Source: Spartobacteria bacterium (lineage in GTDB: Bacteria > Verrucomicrobiota > Verrucomicrobiia > Chthoniobacterales > UBA6821). Taken from it: DNA of 64,000 bases. Position numbers and translations under genes: made by a program. The notes beneath the pieces were generated by a model. It was not told where the DNA came from. It was given only the letters and a program-made list of their open reading frames with translations, and did no database searches. Every line of letters starts with the position of its first letter. Positions within the stretch are counted from its first letter, which is position 1. This document shows positions 50,323 to 62,064 of this stretch, one piece after another. The stretch lies in assembly GCA_947482345.1 (NCBI GenBank), contig CANKJN010000005.1:102-64101 (forward strand), read 5' to 3'.

Positions 50323-51339
50323 TCAGGGTGGAGCACTGACAGTGAAGAATCGCAGGATCTCCCCGAGTGCCTGATCCCTGATCGGATCACGCTCCATGAG
50401 TATCTCATGACGTGCATCGGGAAAGGTGAGGGTACTGATATTCGGACCCTGTGGAGGCGGCTCGTTGATCACGAGCCGGTCTTGTCCTGACCGAAGGATG
50501 AGTGTTGGCGATTGCAGGGAGGAGGCCGCTTCCCGGATGCGAGGGGTGGTGAGCAGGGTTTGCAGGACCCAATCGCTTGAGGGGCCCCCGACAACGGCCT
50601 CCGGGTGCTTGTTCCAAATGTCCTGGATGGCCTGCCAGCGAGCACGGCTTGTGGTGATACGGTTCATCTCAAATGGTTCCTCAGGATCCCTGTCATGCTC
50701 TCCGGGTGCGTAGGCGGCCCCGAGTCCGACCGAATGAAGAAGACGGACCGCCAGAGTGGCGACCGCTTCGGGGTAGGGGGATGTATTGATCCGGAGCATC
50801 GGAGCAGTGAATGCGGCGGCACGGAAGGCAGCCGGGTGTTCCCTGAGATAATCGATGGCGACTGCGGCTCCCATCGATTGGGCCAGCAGGAAGGTCTTTC
50901 CGTGGTGCGTCAGACTAAGATTCTTCAGGCACTTCAGGAAGGCCCCGAGGTCACGGGAATATTCATCAAAGCTATCGATCTCCCCGATCCGAGGCTTCTG
51001 CGGCAGTAGGTGGGGAGAGAGACCCTGGCCCCTGTGATCGTAAGAGGCGATGCTGTATCCCTTCCCGTAGAGATCATGAAATAACTCCCCGTATTTCAGC
51101 CATGACTCGGAGCGGCCGTTCACGACGACAATCAGTCCTTTCCCTTCGGGATTTCGGAAACAGATGCCGCTGAGTTGATGGCGACCATCGGCGCTCGGGA
51201 ATGTGAACCTCTCACCCTTTTCCATGAATGGGGCAATCTGGCTTAGGGACCTTTGCTCATAGTCTCCTTCCGGAATCGCATGTGCCCAAGTGATTGTCAC
51301 CAAGACAACCAGTGCTCCAGTCATGGATTTCAAAGGCAT
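50323..51339 (-). CDS. pldB: Lysophospholipase L2-like alpha/beta hydrolase
   Basis: NGRSESWLKY, DHRGQGLS, AQSMGA nucleophile elbow, ARHEILME. Confidence 0.78.
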   Translation of the reverse strand: MPLKSMTGALVVLVTITWAHAIPEGDYEQRSLSQIAPFMEKGERFTFPSADGRHQLSGICFRNPEGKGLIVVVNGRSESWLKYGELFHDLYGKGYSIASYDHRGQGLSPHLLPQKPRIGEIDSFDEYSRDLGAFLKCLKNLSLTHHGKTFLLAQSMGAAVAIDYLREHPAAFRAAAFTAPMLRINTSPYPEAVATLAVRLLHSVGLGAAYAPGEHDRDPEEPFEMNRITTSRARWQAIQDIWNKHPEAVVGGPSSDWVLQTLLTTPRIREAASSLQSPTLILRSGQDRLVINEPPPQGPNISTLTFPDARHEILMERDPIRDQALGEILRFFTVSAPP

Positions 51340-51458
51340 GATACCAAACTAAACCATTTTCCATCGGTGCTGAAAAGTTCAGGTAAGAGGGAAAAGTATG
51401 AAGGATGAAATTCCACTAGTATGAAATGGAATAGGCCCGAGCTCCGAAGTTGAGCAGA

Positions 51459-51478
51459 GCGATTTAATCAGCGCTTCC
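51459..51478. mobile_element. Solo MITE/IS5 TIR upstream of amtB
   Basis: GCGATTTAATCAGCGCTTCC followed by TTAG; no partner end nearby. Confidence 0.7.
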
Positions 51479-51548
51479 TTAGCTGTGAGCATGAAAGTCT
51501 GGCTTACGGAAAGGTGTTTCGGTTAAAACCCCCCCGCTACTTCATCAC

Positions 51549-53431
<1,883 letters not shown>

Positions 53432-53453
53432 TCCGGTCGCATGCCATCCGAGG

Positions 53454-53482
53454 AAAGCGGAGGCCGAGGTATCCGCTTTTTT
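53454..53482 (+). terminator. Rho-independent terminator after amtB-glnB
   Basis: AAAGCGGA-N10-TCCGCTTT followed by TTT. Confidence 0.7.
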
Positions 53483-53525
53483 GTGCGGGCATCCGTTGAC
53501 TTGTTAGATTTTATGAAAGCATTCG

Positions 53526-53540
53526 TTAGATTCCATCTAA
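53526..53540. promoter_or_regulatory. Palindromic operator-like site upstream of the ABC exporter
   Basis: TTAGAT-TCC-ATCTAA perfect inverted repeat, with an extra GTTAGAT half-site about 20 bp upstream. Confidence 0.45.
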
Positions 53541-53585
53541 TGGATCAAAGATCTCTTCCACTGTAGGTTCATTCTCCAACCTCAC

Positions 53586-55211
53586 ATGTCCCACGCTCGC
53601 CACCACGCCGACGAAGGCTCCTGGAAACGCCTCAGGAAAGCCCTCGATCTCGATCCCCAGGACGTGGGGATGATCCTGATCTTCGCGCTTGCCGTCGGCC
53701 TCCTCTCGATCGCGGGGCCGGCGGCCATCGAGACGCTGGTGAACACCGTCGCCTTCGGCGTCCTGTTCTGGCCGGTGGTCGCCCTGGCGCTGGTGATGCT
53801 GGCCCTGCTCCTGATCGCGGCCACGATGAAGTGCTTGCAGATCCTGTTGGCGGAGTATCTCCAGCGCCGCCTCTTCGTCCGCTATGCGGAGAAGTTCGCG
53901 GCAAATTTCTCGCGGGCCGAGCCCTCCTCCTACGAGGGGCGCAACGCCGGCGACCTGGCCGACAGATTCTTCGAGATCAGCTCGGTGCAGAAGTCCCTGG
54001 CAGGGCTTCTGGTAGAGGGGATCGGCGTGGTCATGATCACGCTGGTGGGGCTCATGCTGCTCTCTTGCTACCACCCCTTCCTTCTCTCCTACGCCGTCAT
54101 CCTCGTCGTTTCGGTGGTTGTGGTCACCCTCACCCTCGGAACCGGCGCCGTCTCCACCCGCATCGAGGAGAGCTATGCCAAGTTCGACCTTGCCGGATGG
54201 ATCGGAGAGATCGCCCGCTCGCCCTCCCTCTTCCGCACCGGATCCATGCAGGGTCTGGCCCTCGACCGGGCACGCTCCCTGAGTGCCGACTACATCAGGG
54301 CACGCAAGGATCACTTCAGGATCTTCTGGCGGCAGAACCTCTTCATGATTTATCTGGAGGCTGTGGGGAGCACCTTCCTGCTCGGCCTGGGCGGCTGGCT
54401 CGTCATCAACCGTCAGCTCACCCTCGGCCAACTGGTCGCTTCCGAACTGATCGTCACCCTGGTGCTCTCGGCCCTGGCCAAGAGCGGAAAGCATCTGCAG
54501 TCCTTCTACGACCTGGAGGCCTCGCTCGACAAACTCGGCGTCATCGAGAGCTTCACGCTGGAACCGGAGGGAGGAGAGGTGCTCCTTCCTGCGGGAAAGC
54601 CCCTGTCCGTGCAGGCGTTCTGCCCCGCACCCGGCGGGGAGATTTCCCTGGAAGCTCCCGCAGGCTCGCGGATCGCCCTTCTAGGTCCGCCGGGAAGCGG
54701 GAAGACGCGTTTGCTGGAGACCCTCTCGCTGCTCCGCTCCCCCGAAGGGTCGCGTGTTTTCTTCGACGGCATCGGATCCACCACGCTGAACCGCTCCGCG
54801 GCACGCGCGCTCATCGCGCACGCCGGCCGCGGGGAGGTCTTTTCCGGAACGATCCTCGAGAACCTCCGTGCCGGGAACGACAAGATCGGGGTCGAGGAGA
54901 TCCGGCAGGCCCTTCAGGATGCGGGTCTGGAGGAACGCATCTCGTCCCTCCCCCAGGGACTCTCCACGCCTCTCTCCTCAACGGGATGGCCCCTTTCGGC
55001 CTCCGAGTTGGTGCTCCTGGGTATCGCCAGGGCCATCCTTGCCAAGCCCCGCCTGCTACTGCTCGACGGAACGCTCGATCTCCTTGACCCGGAGCTTCAC
55101 CCGGCGCTCATCACCAGACTCTCCGCCCCGGACGCGCCCTGGACCCTGATCGTCGGAACCACCCGGCGCGATGTCGCTGAGCGCATCGGCACCATCGTCA
55201 CCATCCCATGA
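53586..55211 (+). CDS. Type I secretion-like ABC exporter with degenerate ATPase domain
   Basis: ABC membrane domain (LTLGQLVASELIV), Walker A GPPGSGKT, signature LSASE, Walker B LLLLDG. Confidence 0.85.
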   Translation: MSHARHHADEGSWKRLRKALDLDPQDVGMILIFALAVGLLSIAGPAAIETLVNTVAFGVLFWPVVALALVMLALLLIAATMKCLQILLAEYLQRRLFVRYAEKFAANFSRAEPSSYEGRNAGDLADRFFEISSVQKSLAGLLVEGIGVVMITLVGLMLLSCYHPFLLSYAVILVVSVVVVTLTLGTGAVSTRIEESYAKFDLAGWIGEIARSPSLFRTGSMQGLALDRARSLSADYIRARKDHFRIFWRQNLFMIYLEAVGSTFLLGLGGWLVINRQLTLGQLVASELIVTLVLSALAKSGKHLQSFYDLEASLDKLGVIESFTLEPEGGEVLLPAGKPLSVQAFCPAPGGEISLEAPAGSRIALLGPPGSGKTRLLETLSLLRSPEGSRVFFDGIGSTTLNRSAARALIAHAGRGEVFSGTILENLRAGNDKIGVEEIRQALQDAGLEERISSLPQGLSTPLSSTGWPLSASELVLLGIARAILAKPRLLLLDGTLDLLDPELHPALITRLSAPDAPWTLIVGTTRRDVAERIGTIVTIP

Positions 55212-56635
55212 GCAGCAGCGAATCACACGACGAACCCCGCCCTGCGCCCGTGACCTGGGAGGATCTGACCCGCGCGACGGAAACCCCGTCGGTCGTTCGG
55301 CGCTTCTCCCGGATCGTGCTCTGGTGCATGGCCGCCTCCCCGTTCGTGCTGGCCTTTGTCCCGTGGCAGCAGACCGTGCAGGGGCGCGGCACCGTGATCG
55401 CGTATTCGCCCGTCGAGCGCTCCCAGGTACTGACCGCCCGGATCCCGGGCCAGGTCCGCAAGTGGCATGTCGTCGAGGGTTCCCATGTGAAGAAAGGGGA
55501 ACCCGTGGTCGATCTGGAGGACAACGACCCCGATCTCGGCACGCGTCTCACCGCACAGCTGGAGTTCCTGCGCGGACGCCTTGCGGCCGCCAAGGAGGAG
55601 GTTCTGGAACTCCGTGCCGCGGCCACGGCCACGGAGGCGGCCCGTGAATCGGCGGTCAACGCCGCCAAGGCGAACCAGGAATCCGCCCGGAAGGCCGTCG
55701 AGGTGGCGGATCACGTGCTTTCCAACGCCAAGTTCTCGCGCGACTTCGAGCAGACCCGCTTCGACATGATCGACAAGCTCCACTCCGGAGGCACGCTCGG
55801 CGCAATCGAGAGCAAGCTCTCTCGCGAAGAGGCTCGCCTGCGGATCGACCGTGCGGGCATCGACCGCGAGCGGGCCGCCGCTGAACTGGAACGCTCGAAG
55901 GCCGCCTACCTCACCCAGCAGGCCCAGGTCCTCCAGACGGATGCCGCCGGGATTTCCTCGATCGCCGTCGCAAGGAGCAACCTTCGCAAGGGTGAACAGA
56001 GCCTCTTCGGAACGGAACGCGAACTCCAGGACATCGAGAACCGGATCGAACGGTTCAAGGCGCGCCACGTGGTGGCGCCGTGCGACGGCGTCGTCTTCCG
56101 CGTCCATGCCAACGTCGGCGGGGGCGGCCAGTACCTCAAGGAAGGGGACGAACTCTGCACCATCATTCCCGACACCAACGACCGCGTCGTCGAGCTGACC
56201 CTGACCGGACGCGATGCCCCGCTTGTGCTGGCCTACGCCCATCGCAAGGGAACCCTTCCGCAGGCGCGCCTCCAGTTCGAGGGGTGGCCGGCCATCCTCT
56301 TCTCCGGATTTCCGGATGTCTCGATCGGAACCTTCGGGGGCAAGATCCGCCAGATCGATTATGCCAGCGACGCCTCCGGAAACTTCCGTGTCCTCATCGA
56401 GCCGGAACAGCATGTCCGCGGCGATGAGTGGCCTGACAAGAAGTTCCTCCGCCAGGGCAACCAGGTGATCGGGTGGGTCTTCCTCAACCGTGTGCCGCTC
56501 GGCTTCGAGATCTGGCGCCGCCTGAACGGCTTCCCGCCCGTCCTCCCTCCCACATCGAAGGAGAAGGACCAGAAATCGGGAACGCCGGGGGGCAAGGAGG
56601 AGGCCCCGAAGGCTCCCAAGGTCAAGGTTGGTTGA
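55208..56635 (+). CDS. HlyD-family membrane fusion protein
   Basis: PWQQTVQGRG, lipoyl-like halves (VVEGSHVKKG; APCDGVV), long coiled coil, WRRLNGFPP. Confidence 0.88.
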   Translation: MSSSESHDEPRPAPVTWEDLTRATETPSVVRRFSRIVLWCMAASPFVLAFVPWQQTVQGRGTVIAYSPVERSQVLTARIPGQVRKWHVVEGSHVKKGEPVVDLEDNDPDLGTRLTAQLEFLRGRLAAAKEEVLELRAAATATEAARESAVNAAKANQESARKAVEVADHVLSNAKFSRDFEQTRFDMIDKLHSGGTLGAIESKLSREEARLRIDRAGIDRERAAAELERSKAAYLTQQAQVLQTDAAGISSIAVARSNLRKGEQSLFGTERELQDIENRIERFKARHVVAPCDGVVFRVHANVGGGGQYLKEGDELCTIIPDTNDRVVELTLTGRDAPLVLAYAHRKGTLPQARLQFEGWPAILFSGFPDVSIGTFGGKIRQIDYASDASGNFRVLIEPEQHVRGDEWPDKKFLRQGNQVIGWVFLNRVPLGFEIWRRLNGFPPVLPPTSKEKDQKSGTPGGKEEAPKAPKVKVG

Positions 56636-56679
56636 TGATTCGGCTTTCACGCGACGGCGCGTGATTTTAAGCTGAAGGC

Positions 56680-57654
56680 ATGAAAACCATCCTGGTCACC
56701 GGCGGAGCCGGCTACATCGGCAGCGTCTGCGTCGAGCAACTCCTGAATGCCGGCTACACCGTGGCCGTTTTTGACAACCTCACCGAGGGGCACCGGCTCG
56801 CCATCGACCCGAGGGCGACCTTCTTCCAGGGGGATCTCGCCGACATCGAGGCGATCAAGCTGGCCCTGCATGAGTCGAAGGCGGAGGCCGTCATGCACTT
56901 CGCCGCCAACGCGCTCGTCGGCGAGTCGATGACCAATCCGGGCAAGTACTTCCGCAACAACGTGGCGAACGGCGTGAACCTGCTTGAGGCCATGGTGGCC
57001 GAGGGGGTGAAGCGCTTCGTCTTCTCCTCGACCTGCGCCACCTTCGGCATCCCCGAGTCGATGCCCATCGACGAGACGCTGCCCCAGAAGCCGATCAATC
57101 CTTACGGCGAGTCGAAGCTCATGTTCGAGAAGGTCCTGCGCTGGTACGGCGAGATTCACGGCATCACCTTCGTCGCGCTCCGTTACTTCAATGCGGCCGG
57201 CGCCACCGAGCAGTTCGGGGAGGATCACCGCATCGAGACCCACCTCATCCCGAATATCCTCAAGGTCGCCCTCGGCCAGAAGGAGTCGGTCGAGATCTAC
57301 GGGACCGACTACCCGACTCCCGACGGCAGCTGCGTCCGCGACTACATCCACATCGTCGACCTGGCACAGGCGCACCTGCTCGCGCTCACGGCCAAGGAGA
57401 GCGCCTTCTACAACCTCGGCACCGGGGGAGGCACCTCGGTGAAGGAAGTCATCGACTGCTGCCGCGCCGTCACCGGCAGGGAGATCAAGGCCGTCGAGAA
57501 GCCGCGCCGCGCGGGCGATCCTCCACGCCTCATCGCCGGATCGGACAAGGTCCGCCGCGAACTTGGCTGGCAGCCGAAGTACCAGGACATCCGCACCATC
57601 ATCGAAAGCGCCTGGGCCTGGCACGTGAAGCACCCCAACGGCTACGGTGATTAG
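56680..57654 (+). CDS. galE: UDP-glucose 4-epimerase
   Basis: GGAGYIGS, FSSTCATFG, YGESK, LRYFNAAG, RDYIH. Confidence 0.96.
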   Translation: MKTILVTGGAGYIGSVCVEQLLNAGYTVAVFDNLTEGHRLAIDPRATFFQGDLADIEAIKLALHESKAEAVMHFAANALVGESMTNPGKYFRNNVANGVNLLEAMVAEGVKRFVFSSTCATFGIPESMPIDETLPQKPINPYGESKLMFEKVLRWYGEIHGITFVALRYFNAAGATEQFGEDHRIETHLIPNILKVALGQKESVEIYGTDYPTPDGSCVRDYIHIVDLAQAHLLALTAKESAFYNLGTGGGTSVKEVIDCCRAVTGREIKAVEKPRRAGDPPRLIAGSDKVRRELGWQPKYQDIRTIIESAWAWHVKHPNGYGD

Positions 57655-57795
57655 GAGGAAGTGAAAAAGCTGAAAGCTAAAGGATAAAAAAGGAATCCCA
57701 ATGCAGGCTACGCGAGGCTGAAGGAACATTACCTGCTCGCGGGTTTTCGTTGCCCAACTTTTCATTCTTCATTCTGCCTTTTTCCTTTTCTTGCA

Positions 57796-58656
57796 ATGAA
57801 TCTGATCGAGACGCATGCCCATCTCGACTATCCCGATTTCGCACCGGATCTCGAGGGGGTCATTGCCCGTGCCGCCGAGGAGGGCGTCACCCGCATCATC
57901 TCAATCGGCACGGGTCTGGAGAGCAGTCGTCGCGCCGTGGCGCTGGCGGAGCGTTTCCCGAATGTCCATGCCGTCGTCGGCATCCATCCCACCAATGTCA
58001 CCGAGGAGGGCCTCGATTTCCTTCCTGCGCTGGGCGAGCTGGCGCGCCATCCCAAGGTTGTCGCCATCGGGGAGACCGGCATCGATTATCATCATGTGCC
58101 GGAGGAGTTGCAGGCGCCGAAGGTTGCGGACGTTGACTCGGCACTGCTCGCCCAAAGTCACGGTGATCAGGAACGCCTGATTGCCGAGGGCGCCTGGAAG
58201 TCCTCCCAGGCGGACGCCTTCCGGATGCAGCTCGATCTCGCCTTGGAGCTCGGGCTCAATGTCGTGATCCATCAGCGATCGGCGTGGATGGACACTCTCG
58301 AGGTGCTGCGGCCGTACACCGGCAAGCTGCGCGGTGTCTTCCACTGCTTCGGGGGAACGCCGGAGGAGGCTGCCGAGGTGGAAGCACTCGGCCATCTGGT
58401 CTCCTTCACCGGCATCATCACGTTCAAGAACGCCGAACAGGTGCGCCTCACCGCGGCGGCGGTCTCGGCGGACGGCTACATGGTCGAGACCGACTGTCCT
58501 TATCTCGCCCCCGTGCCTTATCGCGGCAAGCGCGCGGAACCGGCCCACACCCGGCTGGTCGCGGAGAAGATCGCCGAAGTCCGGGGCATCACGCTCGAAG
58601 AAGTCGCCGAGGCGACCACCCTCACCGCCGAGGGATTTTTCCGATTCAGTCGTTGA
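57796..58656 (+). CDS. tatD: TatD-family hydrolase
   Basis: ETHAHLD, GIHP, GETGIDY, VIHQR, VFHCF, VETDCPY. Confidence 0.93.
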   Translation: MNLIETHAHLDYPDFAPDLEGVIARAAEEGVTRIISIGTGLESSRRAVALAERFPNVHAVVGIHPTNVTEEGLDFLPALGELARHPKVVAIGETGIDYHHVPEELQAPKVADVDSALLAQSHGDQERLIAEGAWKSSQADAFRMQLDLALELGLNVVIHQRSAWMDTLEVLRPYTGKLRGVFHCFGGTPEEAAEVEALGHLVSFTGIITFKNAEQVRLTAAAVSADGYMVETDCPYLAPVPYRGKRAEPAHTRLVAEKIAEVRGITLEEVAEATTLTAEGFFRFSR

Positions 58657-58660
58657 ATCC

Positions 58661-59461
58661 ATGAAGCCGGCTTCCTTCCTCTCTGTTTTTGTGGAGTCGC
58701 CGGAGAATCCCTCACCCGGATGGCTCAAGGGATCGTGGCTCGTACTGATCCTCTTTGTGGCCTCCCTGCTCTGCTCACTCGTCATGGGTGGCGCGGCGGG
58801 TGTGACTCGTGGGGGATGGGAAGCTGTTTGGAATTATCGGGGCGTTTTTCTGGAGGGATGGCTCCTCACTATCCTGATCTCCCTCCTGTCGCTGCTCCTG
58901 AGCGGCGCGATCGGCGTGGCGGTCGCCCTGTCACGGCGTTCCCGCATCCTGCCCCTGCGTTCCATGGCCCTTCTCTACGTGGAAGTGATTCGGGGAACAC
59001 CGCTCCTGGCCCAGATCCTTTTCCTCTTCTATGTCGTGGCCAACGGCATCGGCCTGCAGGACCGCCTTGCGGCTGGCATCCTGATCCTCTCGCTCTTCAG
59101 CGGCGCCTATCTCTCCGAGATGATCCGCGCCGGGATCGACTCGGTTCCCGCCTCCCAACTGGAATCCGCCCGTGCCCTCGGCCTGACCTCCCTCCAGACT
59201 TACCGCTTTGTCATTGCTCCGCAGGCGCTGCGTCAGATCCTTCCGCCGCTGGCCGGGCAGTTCGCGTCGCTGATCAAGGACTCATCGCTTCTCTCGATCA
59301 TCGGCATCGGGGAGTTCACACTCGCCGCCCAGCAGGTCAACTCGGCCACCTACCGGACGCTCGAGAGCTATCTCCCCCTCGCCATCGGCTACCTGGCGCT
59401 CACACTCCCCATATCACTGCTCGCCAAGATGCTCGAGCGGCGCCTTCGCTTTGAATCCTGA
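58661..59461 (+). CDS. Polar amino-acid ABC transporter permease
   Basis: YVEVIRGTPLLAQI, AYLSEMIRAGI, LIKDSSL. Start at ATG 58661. Confidence 0.9.
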   Translation: MKPASFLSVFVESPENPSPGWLKGSWLVLILFVASLLCSLVMGGAAGVTRGGWEAVWNYRGVFLEGWLLTILISLLSLLLSGAIGVAVALSRRSRILPLRSMALLYVEVIRGTPLLAQILFLFYVVANGIGLQDRLAAGILILSLFSGAYLSEMIRAGIDSVPASQLESARALGLTSLQTYRFVIAPQALRQILPPLAGQFASLIKDSSLLSIIGIGEFTLAAQQVNSATYRTLESYLPLAIGYLALTLPISLLAKMLERRLRFES

Positions 59462-59464
59462 ATC

Positions 59465-60217
59465 ATGAGACTCGAGGTTCACGGCATCACCAAATCCTTC
59501 TCACCCGGGAGAGACCCCGCCGTGCGACGCACGGTGCTCGACGGTCTCTCTCTCGATGTGGAGTTCCCCCATGTCCTCGCACTGCTGGGGCCGAGCGGCG
59601 GCGGGAAGTCGACACTCCTGCGCGTGATCGCCGGACTGGAGCGTCCCGATTCCGGCGCCGTGGTGATCAACGGCGAGAAGGTGCCCGATCGAGAGCCCGC
59701 GCTCCGGGATTACCGCCGGACACTCGGCGTGGTCTTTCAGGCGTTCAACCTCTTCCCCCACATGACGGTTCTGCGGAACGTCATGCTCCCCCTTGTCGAG
59801 GTTCACGGGATCGATCGATCCACCGCGCAGGATCGCTCGATGGAGGTGATGGAACGGCTCGGCATCGCCGATCAGGCGGCGAAGCTCCCGGCTCAACTCT
59901 CGGGTGGCCAGCGCCAGCGCGTTGCCATCGCGCGCGCCCTCGCCGCGAAGCCCCGCTTTCTCCTGTTCGACGAGCCGACCTCGGCCCTCGATCCCGAGAT
60001 GACGGCCGAGGTCCTCTCCCTCATCGCCGACCTTCGGGAGTCGAACACACCGATGCTCCTGGTCACCCACGAGATGGGTTTCGCGCGCAAGATCGCCGAC
60101 CGCGTGGCCTTCCTCTCAGCGGGACGTGTGCTGGAAGAGGGTTCTGCGGCGGAGTTCTTTGCCAGCCCGCGGACCGTCGAAGCGCAACGCTTTCTGGCAA
60201 AGGTCCTGGCGTACTGA
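59465..60217 (+). CDS. Polar amino-acid ABC transporter ATP-binding protein (GlnQ-like)
   Basis: GPSGGGKST, FQAFNLFPH, LSGGQRQR, DEPTSALDPE, VTHEMGFA. Confidence 0.92.
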   Translation: MRLEVHGITKSFSPGRDPAVRRTVLDGLSLDVEFPHVLALLGPSGGGKSTLLRVIAGLERPDSGAVVINGEKVPDREPALRDYRRTLGVVFQAFNLFPHMTVLRNVMLPLVEVHGIDRSTAQDRSMEVMERLGIADQAAKLPAQLSGGQRQRVAIARALAAKPRFLLFDEPTSALDPEMTAEVLSLIADLRESNTPMLLVTHEMGFARKIADRVAFLSAGRVLEEGSAAEFFASPRTVEAQRFLAKVLAY

Positions 60218-60357
60218 CGGAAATGGACTCGCGCTGGGGCGCAGAGACACAGGGTTGCCGAGGATAAGATTGACCCAAGATTTTGCAATGGAACCCTGAC
60301 AACAGGTCTGGAGTGTGAACCAAGATGGTGAAGACGAAGCAAGTGAGGGAGAACCAC

Positions 60358-60574
60358 GCCGTAACGGATGCGCAGCAACGGCCGGGCATGACAAAACGCG
60401 AAAGTCACGAAATGCCGAGGGGTGAGAGAAGGAAAAACGAAGTCTAATGGCTTCCTTCATTTCGTGCTTTATGTGTGTTTCGTGGTTCCTTCGGTGTTCA
60501 ATCCCAGCCCGCCTGCCAAGTTCCCTCCATTCTTGTTTTTGCTAGCCCGGCCGTTGCTTCGCATCCGTTACGGC
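60358..60574. repeat. Inverted pair of a 30-bp REP-like unit (60358-60387, 60545-60574) also found inside MITE copy 2
   Basis: GCCCGGCCGTTGCTTCGCATCCGTTACGGC; one mismatch between the two arms. Also at 42693-42722, and weakly at 42776-42806 and 63622-63647. Confidence 0.8.
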
Positions 60575-60904
60575 TGATTTCCTGACAAAAATTCTTTGCA
60601 CATCACCTTCTAATGCAATTTTTGGGATTATCTCATAGAAAGCGGGATACATTCACGCAAAGGTCGCCACGAGCGCCAAGGAGTGTTCAGACGAGAGTCG
60701 TACTTCAGGGATGGGAAGAACGAGGTGTGTACCAGTCTTTTGGGCAAGTTCAGAAGCGCGTTTCAAGAAAACATGCGGCAGTGGTTAGCACTGGGTCCGG
60801 TAGAGCAGTTTCCCTTTCGTTCTCCTTTGCGTCCGTTGCGTGAAATGCTCCTCTCCTTGAGCGACAAAACATCTTATCCGAAACTCTCACCCGCTCTCGA
60901 CTTC

Positions 60905-60936
60905 AAAGAAAAGGCCCCGCCGTTCCCGGCGGGGCC
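60905..60936 (-). terminator. Rho-independent terminator of the porin gene
   Basis: GGCCCCGCCG-TTCC-CGGCGGGGCC stem with an adjacent A-run (U-tract on the minus strand). Confidence 0.8.
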
Positions 60937-60962
60937 CTCCTTGTCAGTAACCAACTCGAAGT

Positions 60963-61865
60963 TTAGAATGAGTAGCTGATGCTACCGCCGGCGTAAGCCT
61001 TGCTGATCGGGGTGGACGTCATCGAGACGGAGTTCATGAGGTCGGGCTGATAGGTGTAGGCGATGTATCCGGTCAGAGCGATGCTGCTGGTGATCTTCCA
61101 AGTGATGGGAGCAACGAGCTGCCAGTTGTTGAATCCGAATACCTTCTTGCCCTGGTTATCAATGTTGTAACCGAAGGAGAAGTTGTACTGGGTCACGGGA
61201 TTGAAGCTCACGATGTCCTTGTAGAGGGGCACCGAGGCGGCAAGCGCCGGGCTGAGGAAACTCGAACCGGCGTTGATGCTGGCGTAGTTGTTCGGAGCGG
61301 CTTGGCCGAGTTCGTAGAAGTAGGTGATCGAGGGAGTCCAGGAAACTGCACCGGTCTTGACCGTGTAGTTCGCCGTGACGTTAACCTCGTGCTGTATGCC
61401 CGTGCCACCCGGAGTGTAGGCGATGCCGGTCTTCGGGAATCCATAGTTGAAGTAGTTGTACATGGTGTACCCGCAGCCTAGGCCGAAATTGCCGAAGGTG
61501 TGCAGGTAGTTGATCGGAATGTCGAGCTCGGTGTAGGGGTTGCCGTTGTAGGGAGCCGAGTTGCCGGTCTGTCCGACTGCCACGCAGAACCAGAGAGGCA
61601 TCGTGAGTGTGTCGTTGGCGGTAATGTGCCAGGTCGGGGCTACGGTCACGGTCCAGATGCCGGTGTTCGGGATCCAGTCGATACCGCGGAAGTTGTACAT
61701 ACTGTCGTAACCGGTGCTGATCGTGCCGGTGAAGGCAGGCGTCGGTGTCTCGATGACGGGCTGCTTGAAGTTTTTGCTCGTAGAGTTGGTCTCACCCGCC
61801 TGAACGGCTGAGGAAGCCGTCAGCGCACAGAGGGCGAAGGCGGCGATGGTCTTGGTCATTTTCAT
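60963..61865 (-). CDS. Outer-membrane beta-barrel, TorF/Gcw_chp-like putative porin
   Basis: Signal peptide, GYDSMYNFRG (compare SDYxFRG), alternating aromatic strands, C-terminal SISYSF. Start at ATG 61865. Confidence 0.7.
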   Translation of the reverse strand: MKMTKTIAAFALCALTASSAVQAGETNSTSKNFKQPVIETPTPAFTGTISTGYDSMYNFRGIDWIPNTGIWTVTVAPTWHITANDTLTMPLWFCVAVGQTGNSAPYNGNPYTELDIPINYLHTFGNFGLGCGYTMYNYFNYGFPKTGIAYTPGGTGIQHEVNVTANYTVKTGAVSWTPSITYFYELGQAAPNNYASINAGSSFLSPALAASVPLYKDIVSFNPVTQYNFSFGYNIDNQGKKVFGFNNWQLVAPITWKITSSIALTGYIAYTYQPDLMNSVSMTSTPISKAYAGGSISYSF

Positions 61866-61925
61866 GGTTGGTTTAGGTTGGTTTGGGATTTCAAGGGTTT
61901 GGATGAAACCCCGTGCATCAGTAAA

Positions 61926-61941
61926 AGCACACGCCGTGCCA
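61926..61941 (-). promoter_or_regulatory. Sigma54 (-24/-12) promoter of the porin
   Basis: Minus strand TGGCACGGCGTGTGCT matches TGGCACG-N4-TTGCW at all but one position, about 60 bp upstream of the ATG. Confidence 0.7.
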
Positions 61942-62064
61942 ACTTCTCCAAACCACACTTTACAGAGTAATGGCCTCTTTGCAGTGGTCGGAAAAGGACT
62001 CGATACCCCTCGTTGATCAAAAAAAACCATTCCTCGGCTCTTTTCTGCTCAATTCGTTGGTTTA

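Noticed and set aside
58090-58210. About 30-aa insertion in TatD
   Set aside because: Not repeat-derived and catalytic motifs are intact; probably a lineage feature.
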